Assembly (NCBI GenBank): GCA_903845155.1
Contig: CAIMWN010000105.1
Span: forward strand, 1-24,254
DNA from: Oligoflexia bacterium
Lineage (GTDB): Bacteria > Bdellovibrionota > UBA1018 > CAIMNF01
Reading direction: 5' to 3'
Length of the DNA stretch: 24,254 nt
The position numbers and the translations under genes were made by a program. Shown in pieces: positions 1 through 9,291 of the stretch (its first letter is position 1; every line of letters begins with the position of its first letter). The notes beneath the pieces are model-generated. The model was not told the DNA's origin and searched no databases. It saw only the letters and a program-made list of their open reading frames with translations.

Positions 1-141
1 AGGAGCCATCATTCGAAACGCAGTCTCTACTCCAAGGGTTTGGAGCAAACGATCGAGCTCATTAAGGGATTCCTCTTCAACACCGAGCGTGTAAGCCCGA
101 AGTTTGCCGGAGGGAAAAAGTGATTCTGTATTTTCAATCAT
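1..141 (-). CDS. Partial hypothetical protein (N-terminal 47 aa; continues beyond the left edge)
   Basis: The reverse complement of 1..141 is an open frame, MIENTESLFPSGKLRAYTLGVEEESLNELDRLLQTLGVETAFRMMAP. It has an ATG at 141 and an AGGA-like sequence upstream, and is divergent from the aminotransferase gene. Confidence 0.5.
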   Translation of the reverse strand, partial: MIENTESLFPSGKLRAYTLGVEEESLNELDRLLQTLGVETAFRMMAP

Positions 142-175
142 AGTCCTGCTAATCTGTTATCCAGGAGAAAAACTC

Positions 176-1096
176 ATGAGCACCCTACTTTCAGCAAAAA
201 ACCGCGGTACCATCATCAGCCTGAATGGAAAAATAATACCTGTGGACGAGGCAAATGTCTCTGTTTTTGATCGAAGTTTCCTCTATGGAGACAGCCTATA
301 TGAAGTGGTGATTACGTATCAGGGGAAGGCTTTTAGGCTCAAAGAGCATCTCCACCGGCTAGAGAAGTCTGCCGCCCTTTGTCAGATGACCTTTTCGCAG
401 CCTATTGCGGAATATGAGCGGGAACTCCTCAACTGTATCGCTGCATACCGAGCTCAGAAGGGCCGCGAAAATGAAGATGTTTACGCAAGAATTGTGGTTT
501 CTCGTGGAAGTGGGAGAATTGGCTTTGGTTTAAGCAATCTCGAAACACCCACTACCTATGTCGTCATCGTGGAACCACTTTCCCTATTTCCAAACAAACC
601 CTTTTCAGTCGGCACTAAACTTCAAATTTCAAAACGGATGAGAAATCATCCTAAAACAATTGACCCTGCAATGAAGTCAGGAAATTACCTCAACAGCCTA
701 TTAGCTTATTTGACGGCCTCCGAAGAAGGATTTGATGATGCCCTGATGCTCGATCATCAAGGCTTTATGACAGAAGGAACGACTTTCAATATTTTCTATG
801 CAAATCGAGGTATCGTAGCAACACCTCCTCTCGATGTTGGAATATTAGATGGTGTCACAAGACGTGCGCTCATTAATCTTTGCGTGGAACTGGGAATTCC
901 CTGCCGCGAAGTGCGCTTTCCAAAGGAATATCTCTATCAAGCAGATGAAGTATTTGCAGTGAGCACGACGAAAGAAGTCACTCCTGTGGTTCAACTGGAT
1001 GATCGAAAGATAAATGGTGGAAAAATTGGACCCATTTCAACCAAACTAAAGAAGGCCTTTGGTGAACTCGTCACTCGCGAGCTATCACTGACCTAG
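176..1096 (+). CDS. Aminotransferase class IV (branched-chain / D-amino-acid / aminodeoxychorismate lyase fold)
   Basis: The ORF at 104..1096 most likely starts at the internal ATG at 176, preceded by CAGGAGAAA. Fold-type IV features: GxIxPxxxAxVSVxDRSFLYGDSLYE, SGNYLNSLLA, DDALMLDHQGFMTEGTTFNIF, GILDGVTRRAL, DEVFAVSTTKEVTPV. Confidence 0.88.
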   Translation: MSTLLSAKNRGTIISLNGKIIPVDEANVSVFDRSFLYGDSLYEVVITYQGKAFRLKEHLHRLEKSAALCQMTFSQPIAEYERELLNCIAAYRAQKGRENEDVYARIVVSRGSGRIGFGLSNLETPTTYVVIVEPLSLFPNKPFSVGTKLQISKRMRNHPKTIDPAMKSGNYLNSLLAYLTASEEGFDDALMLDHQGFMTEGTTFNIFYANRGIVATPPLDVGILDGVTRRALINLCVELGIPCREVRFPKEYLYQADEVFAVSTTKEVTPVVQLDDRKINGGKIGPISTKLKKAFGELVTRELSLT

Positions 1097-2178
1097 TTTT
1101 GTTTCGGCTGCTCAACCGAACTCGTCAACGCAGTTTTGAATCTGCCTACGATCGCTCCACGGGTCGTGTCTTTGCTATTCACTCCATCTACATTCATGCT
1201 ACCTAAAAGCAAATTCACGACAGGATCAGTGAGTGTCGGATAAGACAATTGCCCTAAGAAAATCTGTGTTTGAAGCGCTAACTCAAGAACAGTCGAATCA
1301 TAATCCACTTGTTCGTTATTACGAGCATCAAAGTTAGGAACCCATTTTCCTTTTTGGGAGGCGAGAGCAATCACCGCTTTTAACTGATCCGCGCTCGGAG
1401 AGTTTCCTTCAACTGAAGATGAGGCAAGCGTAACAGCCGATAATTTTAAAAAATCTTGCCTTACTTGCAGAATGTAAACTGCATCTTGCTCTGAGCGAAG
1501 GACTTCCTTACGATAAGCAGGAATGGAAGCGGAGTCAATTTTCCCGCTTTCTTCCAAACTTTTCACCTTTAAGCCTTCAGCAATCATTGACAACATGCTC
1601 ACTGGCGGACTCGCCGTTTTATCGAGCAGCTCAGTTTGATAATCATTTATAAAATGCAATGAAGCCGCGAGCGCAAAGAGATTTTTAGTTCTTGGATCTG
1701 CAAAAACGGTAGGATTGGCTAAGCTCGGAACTGATTTACGATCAATGATATATTCGCGAACTTTTTTGAAAAAATCTCTCACCGCGGTAGCCATCAGTTG
1801 CTCGCGCACCGCTTTATTTTCGAGTTTCGGTTGCCAAAACTGAAATTCCATCGAGCCCAAATATTCAGAAGCGCAACTATTTTTAGCGCCTTGATCGCTC
1901 GCCTTCTCCATTTCATCCAGTGAATGCTGTCTCGCTTCCAGGCCTCCGCCCATGCGCATCGTTTCGAAGGTAGCATCCGAATATTTTAAAATCACATTTG
2001 AAGTTCCATCCATGTGCTGAGTAGTATCAGCCATATTACTCGTTTTTTTTGCCAGATCATGAGTCGTAGTCGTCATGTCTTGAGTAGACGCTTGCATGGT
2101 ATCCAAGTTTTTCATAGCTCCGCAGCCAGAAACAAGAGCTAGCGTCAAAACAAGTGACTGTGGTTTAAAATTCTTCAT
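1093..2178 (-). CDS. Hypothetical lipoprotein
   Basis: The ORF at 1093..2253 has an internal ATG at 2178 that gives MKNFKPQSLVLTLALVSGCGAMKN, a signal sequence with an LVSGC lipobox. This is followed by a Thr/Met/His-rich stretch. The stop codon overlaps the convergent aminotransferase stop. Confidence 0.75.
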   Translation of the reverse strand: MKNFKPQSLVLTLALVSGCGAMKNLDTMQASTQDMTTTTHDLAKKTSNMADTTQHMDGTSNVILKYSDATFETMRMGGGLEARQHSLDEMEKASDQGAKNSCASEYLGSMEFQFWQPKLENKAVREQLMATAVRDFFKKVREYIIDRKSVPSLANPTVFADPRTKNLFALAASLHFINDYQTELLDKTASPPVSMLSMIAEGLKVKSLEESGKIDSASIPAYRKEVLRSEQDAVYILQVRQDFLKLSAVTLASSSVEGNSPSADQLKAVIALASQKGKWVPNFDARNNEQVDYDSTVLELALQTQIFLGQLSYPTLTDPVVNLLLGSMNVDGVNSKDTTRGAIVGRFKTALTSSVEQPKQN

Positions 2179-2289
2179 GCGCGAATAGTACACGACCGTT
2201 TCAATCAAGTAAAGACAAAACACCAGACTCACTTGTTTTCCGCCCTCATTCAACTCATTCCATTGCTCATACTTTAGACTTTATTAAAT

Positions 2290-4365
2290 CTAACGTTCGG
2301 CATCCCGAGAGATTTCCACCCTCAAATCTTCAGGCATCACGGACGGCAGAAGTTTTCCCGCAGCAGTTTCTTCGGTTTTCGCCGTAGGCACAACCACTGG
2401 CACCGTTCGAGCACTTTCAAGGAGGCGCTTCAATTCAAACTTCTCATCCTCATCATCCATCTTGTCAATTTCGGTTTCGATCTCTTCAATTTCAGGGTTG
2501 AGGTTATCGTCTTTCTCATTATACTTTTCATGAGCCCTCGTTTCGACCATCTCTTTTTCAAAATGAGTGGGGATAGAGTTTACTAAATCTAGCACCATTT
2601 GATTTTCAGTTTGCTCTGCCAAATGATTATCAAAGCAAAAGGCCGAAGTTTCATATTGATGTGAAGAGTGATCATCCAAGTTCGGACTTCCCACTGAAAC
2701 CATCACTCGATCAAACATGGTTTCTTTGGCGTGAATATAATTAAAATACTGATAAAAATGAATTCCTGTTCCTTCGTGCAAGAAATTTACAGCGGAAATT
2801 CCACCTCTAAAGGCTTTAAAATCTAAAAGCTCCATAAAGCGTTTTACTTTTTTCGCTAATCCAAACTTGCCCTTCGCATACAAATGCTGACTCCACTCGC
2901 GAATGACCATTGAGATCTCGCCCGCACAAGAGTTCACGTCTGGCATTACCACATATGAAACCAAGCCTGCTTTTTCCTTTTCCCTCAGTGTTTGAAATAA
3001 ATCCGCAACTGCGTATTTTTTTCGAATGACTCTTTTGTCATAAGTAACCCCTGGGGTCGTAAAGAAGGCGCTATCTTTTGCAACTTGTAGATAGCGATTA
3101 GTAATCCCAAAAATAGTGGCCTTACTTTTAATTGGATCCTGCTGAAGAACTCTGCAAACCCCATTCATTCCTTCTTGATGAGTGTACCAGTTGGAGTAGT
3201 TATCACGTCCACGCACGTGGGCGTCCCTTTGCGCTTCTTTAGTTTCTTTTACGTTTGCAATATAGTCGTCGATGGGAAAACGCTTTAACGACTTTTTACG
3301 AGCATGCCGTTTCCACACTTTCAAGAACTCATCCTCAAGATCGGCAACCATCGGACCGCGAACATAAAGATCAGTATCTCTATTTTTAAAGTTAAATCCA
3401 TCGGCGGCTGTTTCAGGGCGAACCATATTTTCTCCGCCCAAAATAGCTTCTTCGCCATCACGAGTAATAAATTTACTATGCGAAAACCCCTTGGTTTTGA
3501 ACATGTCTCGAATGCCGGTCACCTTGACGCCACCACGCTCAAGGCGATTCATGCATTTGTGAAGAAAAAGCACTCGATAAAAATTCTCGAGACTCACCCT
3601 CACATCTACGCCCTCTTTTGCCTTGTCAATTAGTGCCTGAATCAGGCCTTCCGTCCCGCGATCGCAAGCGATAAACATGGTCGTGAAAAAAACGTATTTT
3701 TTCGCATTCCTAATCAACTTCACTTTTTCATCGTAAGAATAACCATTCGCAAGCAGATTGAGGTGATTGCCCTTTGTCAGTTCCGTATTGGAATAATCAT
3801 CCACCTCTTTTTGTAAGTCAGCACTCATGTAGGCGGGATTGAGATCTTTTCGACTCGTCACCGGTTTTAAAATATTTATGTAGTAATCGTTCTTTTCTTC
3901 GAGCGTACGAAGAGGAGGGTGCGGTAAAGATCCCCATGAGTCTAAGTAGAGAAAAGGATTTTTGTAGCGAAAAGAGGCTTCGTCATATTCAAAAGACTCA
4001 AAAAGCTTGGTGTGCGAAGTTAAAAAATCTTTCGCCGGAAAAAGGTCCATCACATTTTTGGGTTCAAAAACATAGAGTGCTTGATTTCTTTTTACGTTAA
4101 AAGAATTCACCGAAAGTATAGTGCCCATCTTGTCATCGACGCTAAACTGAAGATCACTTGCGGACACCAGATCTTCATCATTTTTCATATCCGCCTGGAG
4201 TGATTTTGTTTCTCGGCTTTCATTGGGCTGAATCAACCCCCGTCCATTTTTAGCAAAGTACTGATCAAGTTCAGCGATGCCGAAAACATTGAGAGCAAAC
4301 GCAAACGGAGTCTGAACTAGGAAGAGAAAAAGAAGTGCCGTGATAATCGTGAGAACCGTCCGCAT
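2290..4365 (-). CDS. Exported phospholipase D / cardiolipin-synthase-like protein (two HKD motifs)
   Basis: Two HxKx4D motifs are present: HSKFITRDGEEAILGGEN and HAKETMFDRVMVSVGSPNLDDHS. The ATG at 4365 gives the signal peptide MRTVLTIITALLFLFLVQTPFAFA; the ORF track extends to a TTG at 4401. The C-terminus is long and acidic. Confidence 0.85.
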   Translation of the reverse strand: MRTVLTIITALLFLFLVQTPFAFALNVFGIAELDQYFAKNGRGLIQPNESRETKSLQADMKNDEDLVSASDLQFSVDDKMGTILSVNSFNVKRNQALYVFEPKNVMDLFPAKDFLTSHTKLFESFEYDEASFRYKNPFLYLDSWGSLPHPPLRTLEEKNDYYINILKPVTSRKDLNPAYMSADLQKEVDDYSNTELTKGNHLNLLANGYSYDEKVKLIRNAKKYVFFTTMFIACDRGTEGLIQALIDKAKEGVDVRVSLENFYRVLFLHKCMNRLERGGVKVTGIRDMFKTKGFSHSKFITRDGEEAILGGENMVRPETAADGFNFKNRDTDLYVRGPMVADLEDEFLKVWKRHARKKSLKRFPIDDYIANVKETKEAQRDAHVRGRDNYSNWYTHQEGMNGVCRVLQQDPIKSKATIFGITNRYLQVAKDSAFFTTPGVTYDKRVIRKKYAVADLFQTLREKEKAGLVSYVVMPDVNSCAGEISMVIREWSQHLYAKGKFGLAKKVKRFMELLDFKAFRGGISAVNFLHEGTGIHFYQYFNYIHAKETMFDRVMVSVGSPNLDDHSSHQYETSAFCFDNHLAEQTENQMVLDLVNSIPTHFEKEMVETRAHEKYNEKDDNLNPEIEEIETEIDKMDDEDEKFELKRLLESARTVPVVVPTAKTEETAAGKLLPSVMPEDLRVEISRDAER

Positions 4366-4465
4366 TCGAGGGAGTTTACGTTTTAAAATAATTTTGAGCA
4401 AGTAGCATTTACACAGATGTTATATAAAAATCACTGCTTTTCATTGGGAAATACAACGAAAACAC

Positions 4466-5536
4466 TTAACTGCGACTGGGTATTATTTTGAATTTTCTAC
4501 TCGGCGGGTTTTCCGAAGCATCGACGGCGATGAGCTCCAATTGAGGTATCTGATAACGCTCGTTCTTTTTCTTAATTTTTACAGTGATGTATTTATCTTC
4601 CCGCGCAATGGGGGCTGGATCTTCAAGGCGATAGTATATGGCTTTATTTTCTAGAACTTCGACACTTAATCCTTTTTCGTTGAGGCTGAGTAACCAATCT
4701 AGAAAATGAATGACTTTGTTATTTTCAAGCTCTACGGTCCATCGGGGAATATTCATATATTTCCAATCTGCCACCCCTTGATCACTAATAGTATATTGAT
4801 TGCGCAAAGTCTGTGGGTGGATCTCAGTACGGATATTTAAAAGCCTTACTGCTTTATCTATGGAAAGAAAAATTTCACCCTGATCTTTAAGAATAGCGAG
4901 GTATTTATTTAAAACCAATGTTGGATTTGAAGTGTAAGACATCACACCCGCCCGGTCTAAAATCACAGAAGGATGGCCTAACTTGTCGTTTGGAATATCC
5001 TCAAAAAATGATCCTTGAATCACACTGAGCTTGCCATGATACGCAGCTACATTGATTTTGCGTTCAAGCTGTTGGGTGACGGCGATGAGCGAGGGGCGGG
5101 TTAGTAACGGTTTTTCACTTATTTTTTTTAGAGCGGATGCAAAATTCTGATTTGATTTTATTCGAGTTCTAGTAATATTTAACTCCGCTTGTTCAAAATC
5201 AAAAAGTTTTTCGAGATCAGTCATCATCAACTGCTCTCCAGCGACCACATTTCCGGCACCTGCCTCTAAGATCGTTGTGTCCGCTCCCAGCGTTGCAAGC
5301 TTATCTGCTAATTCCTGAGGAAAAGTTCTAAGGTAATCGAGAAGATCGCGATCGCGAGTAAAGCCGGCAGCATAGCTCGAATTCCTGCCTTGATTGGCAA
5401 CCACTTCTCTTAAAATCAGGGAGCAGGAATTCGTGGGCACATCCAAATGAACTTCTTCAGATTGAGCGCGCCTCGATCCGAAAAGAATTAAGCCATGTAT
5501 GAAGAACAAAGTAACGACAAGTCGCTGGCGATCCAC
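4466..5536 (-). CDS. SAM-dependent-methyltransferase-like protein with an apparent N-terminal signal peptide
   Basis: 356 aa. N-terminus MDRQRLVVTLFFIHGLILFGSRRAQS|EEV. A motif-I-like ILEAGAGNVVAGE is followed by SVIQGSFFED and VILDRAGVMSYTSNPTLVLNKYLAILKDQGEIFLSI, which resembles Rossmann-fold methyltransferases. Confidence 0.6.
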   Translation of the reverse strand: MDRQRLVVTLFFIHGLILFGSRRAQSEEVHLDVPTNSCSLILREVVANQGRNSSYAAGFTRDRDLLDYLRTFPQELADKLATLGADTTILEAGAGNVVAGEQLMMTDLEKLFDFEQAELNITRTRIKSNQNFASALKKISEKPLLTRPSLIAVTQQLERKINVAAYHGKLSVIQGSFFEDIPNDKLGHPSVILDRAGVMSYTSNPTLVLNKYLAILKDQGEIFLSIDKAVRLLNIRTEIHPQTLRNQYTISDQGVADWKYMNIPRWTVELENNKVIHFLDWLLSLNEKGLSVEVLENKAIYYRLEDPAPIAREDKYITVKIKKKNERYQIPQLELIAVDASENPPSRKFKIIPSRS

Positions 5537-5588
5537 ATCGCTTTATCGACTTTTAAGCCGATTTTCTTAAATAAACGCCAGAATTGAT

Positions 5589-6371
5589 CTAGATTAGACG
5601 AATGATTGGTTTATGTAGCTTTCCATTAGTCGCCACCACTTCCACACCATGGTGATCAAACTTCCCACCGCTAAAATCAGTCACTTTACCGCCCGCTTCC
5701 TGCACGAGTAATGAACCAGCTGCAACATCCCAAGGAGAAAGATGGCGTTCCCAAAAACCGTCAAAAACACCGCGCGCCGTGTATGCGAGATCGAGGGCCG
5801 CGCTACCGGGCCTTCTCACTGCGCGAGAAGCTCGGCTGACTTTTTCAAAGGAAGACATTTCGGTAGAAAGCAAATCCCGTTGTCGATAGGCAAAACCAGT
5901 CGAAAAAAGAGCATCATGTAATTTAGTCGTTTTTGAAACATGCATGCGGACGCCATTCATGTAAGCACCTTGACCACGAATTGCCGTATAAAGCTCATCT
6001 AAAATGGGATGGTACGTAACTGCGACTTCTACCCGGGTGCCTATCTGAGCTGCAATCGTGACACAAAACATAGGAAAGCGATGAACAAAGTTAGTCGTCC
6101 CATCGAGAGGATCCACAATCCACATTCCTCTTTGGCCTTTGAGCATCACTCCCTTTGAATGTGTCTCTTCCGTCAATAAAGCGAACGTGGGTTCACACTT
6201 CTGCAGTACTCTGAGTGCTGTCTCTTCGGCCTCAACATCTGCGTTCGTGACCAAACCTAATTTTCCCTTTTCCCGAACAATCAGTTTTCGAGTGAAATGC
6301 TTGCGAATCACTTTGCCAGCTTGAAACGCCGCTTCCACTGCCCCTGCGAGTAAAGATTCATGTGTATTCAT
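5589..6371 (-). CDS. suhB: Inositol-1-monophosphatase family protein
   Basis: Motifs GLVTNADVEAEE, ALLTEETHS, MWIVDPLDGTTNFVHRFPMFCVTIA and WDVAAGSLLVQEAGGKVTDF. Confidence 0.93.
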   Translation of the reverse strand: MNTHESLLAGAVEAAFQAGKVIRKHFTRKLIVREKGKLGLVTNADVEAEETALRVLQKCEPTFALLTEETHSKGVMLKGQRGMWIVDPLDGTTNFVHRFPMFCVTIAAQIGTRVEVAVTYHPILDELYTAIRGQGAYMNGVRMHVSKTTKLHDALFSTGFAYRQRDLLSTEMSSFEKVSRASRAVRRPGSAALDLAYTARGVFDGFWERHLSPWDVAAGSLLVQEAGGKVTDFSGGKFDHHGVEVVATNGKLHKPIIRLI

Positions 6372-6398
6372 AATGGAGAGTGTAACTGAGTCAACTCG

Positions 6399-6404
6399 TT
6401 GACA
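6399..6404 (+). promoter_or_regulatory. Isolated TTGACA hexamer (possible -35) in the suhB / coiled-coil gene divergent region
   Basis: Exact TTGACA. No -10 at ideal spacing; TAAAAT lies at 20 bp spacing. Confidence 0.2.
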
Positions 6405-6475
6405 CCAATAAAAATGAATCTACCTAAAATAATTGATTAACTTTGTCGGAACCCTGATGCTTCACACTTGATGCG

Positions 6476-6504
6476 TTGACACCCATCCGGGGGCAACCTA
6501 CACT
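6476..6504 (+). promoter_or_regulatory. Predicted sigma70-type promoter for the 6545 CDS
   Basis: TTGACA (6476-6481), 17 bp spacer, TACACT (6499-6504), about 40 bp upstream of the predicted start. Confidence 0.6.
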
Positions 6505-6544
6505 ATTAAGGTATGCAGTACCAAGGTCTAGGAGGGACCAAATT

Positions 6545-7645
6545 ATGGCTTCTTTCATCTACTTCTACTCTAAATTTACAGAAGAATTTTTGCTATTGAG
6601 CGCAGCCGGTGTATTCACACTTCTCTCCGTTTATTGCTATCATTGGGTGATTAAAAAACGACGTCTCGGCGCAGCCCGTAATGTGGTGCCCGCAGGAATG
6701 GTAAAAGTTTATTTAAACCAATTGATTAACGAAGCTCAATTTGTCCGCACACAACTTTTTGGTCTCCTCGGCGCCCAAGGCGCCAATGCAAACCCTGCTG
6801 ACATGGCTGCATTTCTAAAAAACAATACCCCTTCCGTTACTCCGCAAGCTTCACCAATCATTACTTCAAATGCCGGTGATTCTGCAATTTCAAAAGACTT
6901 GTTAGAACGACTCGCTGCTCTTGAGTCTCAGTTGGTTAAAAAAGAAGGCATGGTCGTCAATGTCAACATTGAGAAAACCAAACTCTTAGAAGAAATTGAA
7001 AATTTAAAACAAAATCAAAAGGCCATTTCTAGTGCAGGCTCTTCGGGCGATGGCGAACTCGCGAAGAAAGTAAAACTTCTAGAAGAACGTCTCGAAGAAT
7101 ACGCCCTCTTTGAAGACGATCTAGCGAATTTAAAACGACTTCAGCAAGAAAACACTCAACTGAAAAAACGGCTCGATGATATCGGAAACGATACTGGCCC
7201 CATCTTGAAACCAGCAGAAGCAGCGCCCGCTCCTCAAAAAGAAAAAGAAAAAGAAAAGAAACCAAGCCTTTCATTAGACCAAGCGGCAATTGATTCACTG
7301 TTAAATGGCGTCACTCCCGCTTCTCAGTCCGTTGTTGAAGAGCCTAGCTTTACTGCGCCCGAAGTCATTCCTAACAAACCCACCCTTTCAGTTGCTCCCG
7401 CTCCATCGGATATAGAAAAGAATGAGGCGGCAATTAACGCATTGGTCGCTGATGTGAAAGCACCAAACGTTGCTCCAACGGTCGATTCATTCGAAAAATT
7501 AGTAGATTCGGTTGAAAATAGCCTTGATCAAGTGGTTGCAGCCCCTGCAAAAGAGGAGCTACCCACTGTGTCTGTTGACGCAAGTCTTGCGAGCAAGACG
7601 GATGAAGAACTACTCAAGGAATTCGAAAATCTTCTTAATTCTTAA
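6545..7645 (+). CDS. Membrane-anchored coiled-coil protein of unknown function
   Basis: The ORF track begins at a TTG that falls inside the predicted promoter. The internal ATG gives MASFIYFYSKFTEEFLLLSAAGVFTLLSVYCYHWVIKKRR, a single TM. This is followed by a Leu/Glu/Lys coiled coil and a Pro/Ala/Val-rich C-terminus. SD-like GGAGGG lies upstream. Confidence 0.7.
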   Translation: MASFIYFYSKFTEEFLLLSAAGVFTLLSVYCYHWVIKKRRLGAARNVVPAGMVKVYLNQLINEAQFVRTQLFGLLGAQGANANPADMAAFLKNNTPSVTPQASPIITSNAGDSAISKDLLERLAALESQLVKKEGMVVNVNIEKTKLLEEIENLKQNQKAISSAGSSGDGELAKKVKLLEERLEEYALFEDDLANLKRLQQENTQLKKRLDDIGNDTGPILKPAEAAPAPQKEKEKEKKPSLSLDQAAIDSLLNGVTPASQSVVEEPSFTAPEVIPNKPTLSVAPAPSDIEKNEAAINALVADVKAPNVAPTVDSFEKLVDSVENSLDQVVAAPAKEELPTVSVDASLASKTDEELLKEFENLLNS

Positions 7646-8168
7646 GTTGGCTTTTAATTTTCTGATTTTCGATCGTTTGAATTTTAGAACGAAACTCAAT
7701 TAATTTACCCACCCTATAAAGAAGTGAATTCTCTTGGATTCCGTCCGTTTCTTGATTTCTCCAGCCTTCCAACACATCCCGCTGGTACTGCTGCTCTTTT
7801 TGAACGGTGACCCGAACCGAAGCATCTCCCTCATAAAACCCCTTTGCCACTGTTACCCTAAATCGATACTGGGCCTTGATATAGGGACTGACTGAGCCTA
7901 CCGAATCGATCAAATTTCGTTCTGACGTATTATCGATCCATTTAGTTTGAAGGGTTCCGTTTTCACGGTTCACTACTTCCATCGGGCTTGCCTTCAGCGC
8001 CTCTACCGCAGATTCCCAGGCGAGCGAATATTCAATAATATATATTTTTGAAAAAACCTGCTCAATATCGCCACCCACCGATTTTTTATAGGCGCTCATG
8101 CATGAGGTTTGCAATAGATATGGGGTAAAACTCAGCGTGAGAAGTAAAAGTTTCTGAAGAGCTTTCAT
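7635..8168 (-). CDS. Hypothetical lipoprotein
   Basis: MKALQKLLLLTLSFTPYLLQTSCMS carries the lipobox LQTSC. The 177-aa ORF is convergent with, and overlaps by 11 bp, the 6545..7645 CDS. Confidence 0.75.
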   Translation of the reverse strand: MKALQKLLLLTLSFTPYLLQTSCMSAYKKSVGGDIEQVFSKIYIIEYSLAWESAVEALKASPMEVVNRENGTLQTKWIDNTSERNLIDSVGSVSPYIKAQYRFRVTVAKGFYEGDASVRVTVQKEQQYQRDVLEGWRNQETDGIQENSLLYRVGKLIEFRSKIQTIENQKIKSQLKN

Positions 8169-8197
8169 GACAATTAGTGTATCATAAGGGCATGCAC

Positions 8198-9175
8198 ATG
8201 AAAGAATTTTACCGAGTTCTTGAACTGGAAGCGGCGGCGATTACCTCAAGCCTGCGTCGGTTTCAAACCGATCCCGCACTTCAGGCGAGTCTCGAATCAT
8301 CACTCAACCTGATTCACGAACGAAGCAAAAAAGGCGGAAGAGTACTGGTTCTTGGTGTAGGAAAATCAGGGAAAATTGGGTCAAAAATAGCAGCAACCCT
8401 ATCCAGCACGGGGACGCCAGCCCTTTTTGTTCACCCCACCGAAGCCCTTCATGGCGACCTGGGTGTAGTGAGTGATTCTGATGTGGCCATCGTCATTAGC
8501 TACACAGGAAATACGGAAGAACTTCTGAGCCTTGTACCTTTTTTTGAAAGACGGAATGTTCCTCTGATCGGCATTATTGGAAATTTATCCTCAAAATTAG
8601 CGCAAAAATGTACATTTTCCTTAGATGCAAGTGTGTCCGAGGAAGCGTGCTCTCATAACCTAGCACCCACCACCAGCACGACAGTAGCGCTCGCCATTGG
8701 TGACGCAATCGCCATTACACTGATGAAAAAGAAGGACTTCACTGCAGAAGACTTCGCAAAGAATCATCCCGGAGGCTCACTCGGCAAGCGCTTACAACTC
8801 TTGGTAAAAGATCTCATGCATGACCTGGAGAAATCCCCGGTCGTAGCCGAACAAACACCGATGAATGAAATTTTAAAACTTTCTACTGAACGAAAACTCG
8901 GGGCAGTGCTCGTTTGTGACGGTCCTTTACTCAAAGGCATCATTACTGACGGAGACATTCGTCGAGCGCTCGCTCACCAGGAGAAATTTTTCGGATTTAC
9001 GGCCCGCGACATTATGACTAAGTCGCCCATTACCGTAAATTTTGAGCTTCTTGCCTACAATGCGCTTCGAATCATGGAAGACCGAGAAAGTCAGATCAGC
9101 GTATTACCGGTTACTAACGATCAGGGTCATGCCTTAGGGCTCATTCGAATTCACGATCTAGTACAAACTCTTTAG
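8198..9175 (+). CDS. kdsD: Arabinose-5-phosphate isomerase, KpsF/GutQ/KdsD family (SIS + tandem CBS domains)
   Basis: SIS domain: VLVLGVGKSGKIGSKIAATLSSTGTPALFVHPTEALHGDLGVV, ISYTGNTEEL. CBS pair: AVLVCDGPLLKGIITDGDIRRAL, SQISVLPVTNDQGHALGLIRIHDL. The start may be the GTG at 8177, the ATG at 8192 or the ATG at 8198. Confidence 0.92.
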   Translation: MKEFYRVLELEAAAITSSLRRFQTDPALQASLESSLNLIHERSKKGGRVLVLGVGKSGKIGSKIAATLSSTGTPALFVHPTEALHGDLGVVSDSDVAIVISYTGNTEELLSLVPFFERRNVPLIGIIGNLSSKLAQKCTFSLDASVSEEACSHNLAPTTSTTVALAIGDAIAITLMKKKDFTAEDFAKNHPGGSLGKRLQLLVKDLMHDLEKSPVVAEQTPMNEILKLSTERKLGAVLVCDGPLLKGIITDGDIRRALAHQEKFFGFTARDIMTKSPITVNFELLAYNALRIMEDRESQISVLPVTNDQGHALGLIRIHDLVQTL

Positions 9176-9262
9176 ACGCGCCTCGGAAAAAAATTAGCGT
9201 CAACTCAGCAATAAAATCTTTTATTTCCCACTGATTTTAATACCTTAGGCATATTTTTCTCA

Positions 9263-9291
9263 TTGCACGGCTTGGCAACCTGCCCTACGCT
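9263..9291 (+). promoter_or_regulatory. Predicted sigma70-type promoter for the DsbA-like lipoprotein
   Basis: TTGCAC (9263-9268), 17 bp spacer, TACGCT (9286-9291), 40 bp upstream of the ATG at 9331. Confidence 0.5.

Noticed and set aside
2290-6371. The minus-strand block (lipoprotein, PLD-like, MTase-like, suhB) as an anti-phage defence island.
   Set aside because: Although PLD nucleases occur in defence systems, this PLD-like protein and the MTase-like protein both have apparent export signals. There is no helicase, restriction, TIR, reverse transcriptase or other defence hallmark nearby.
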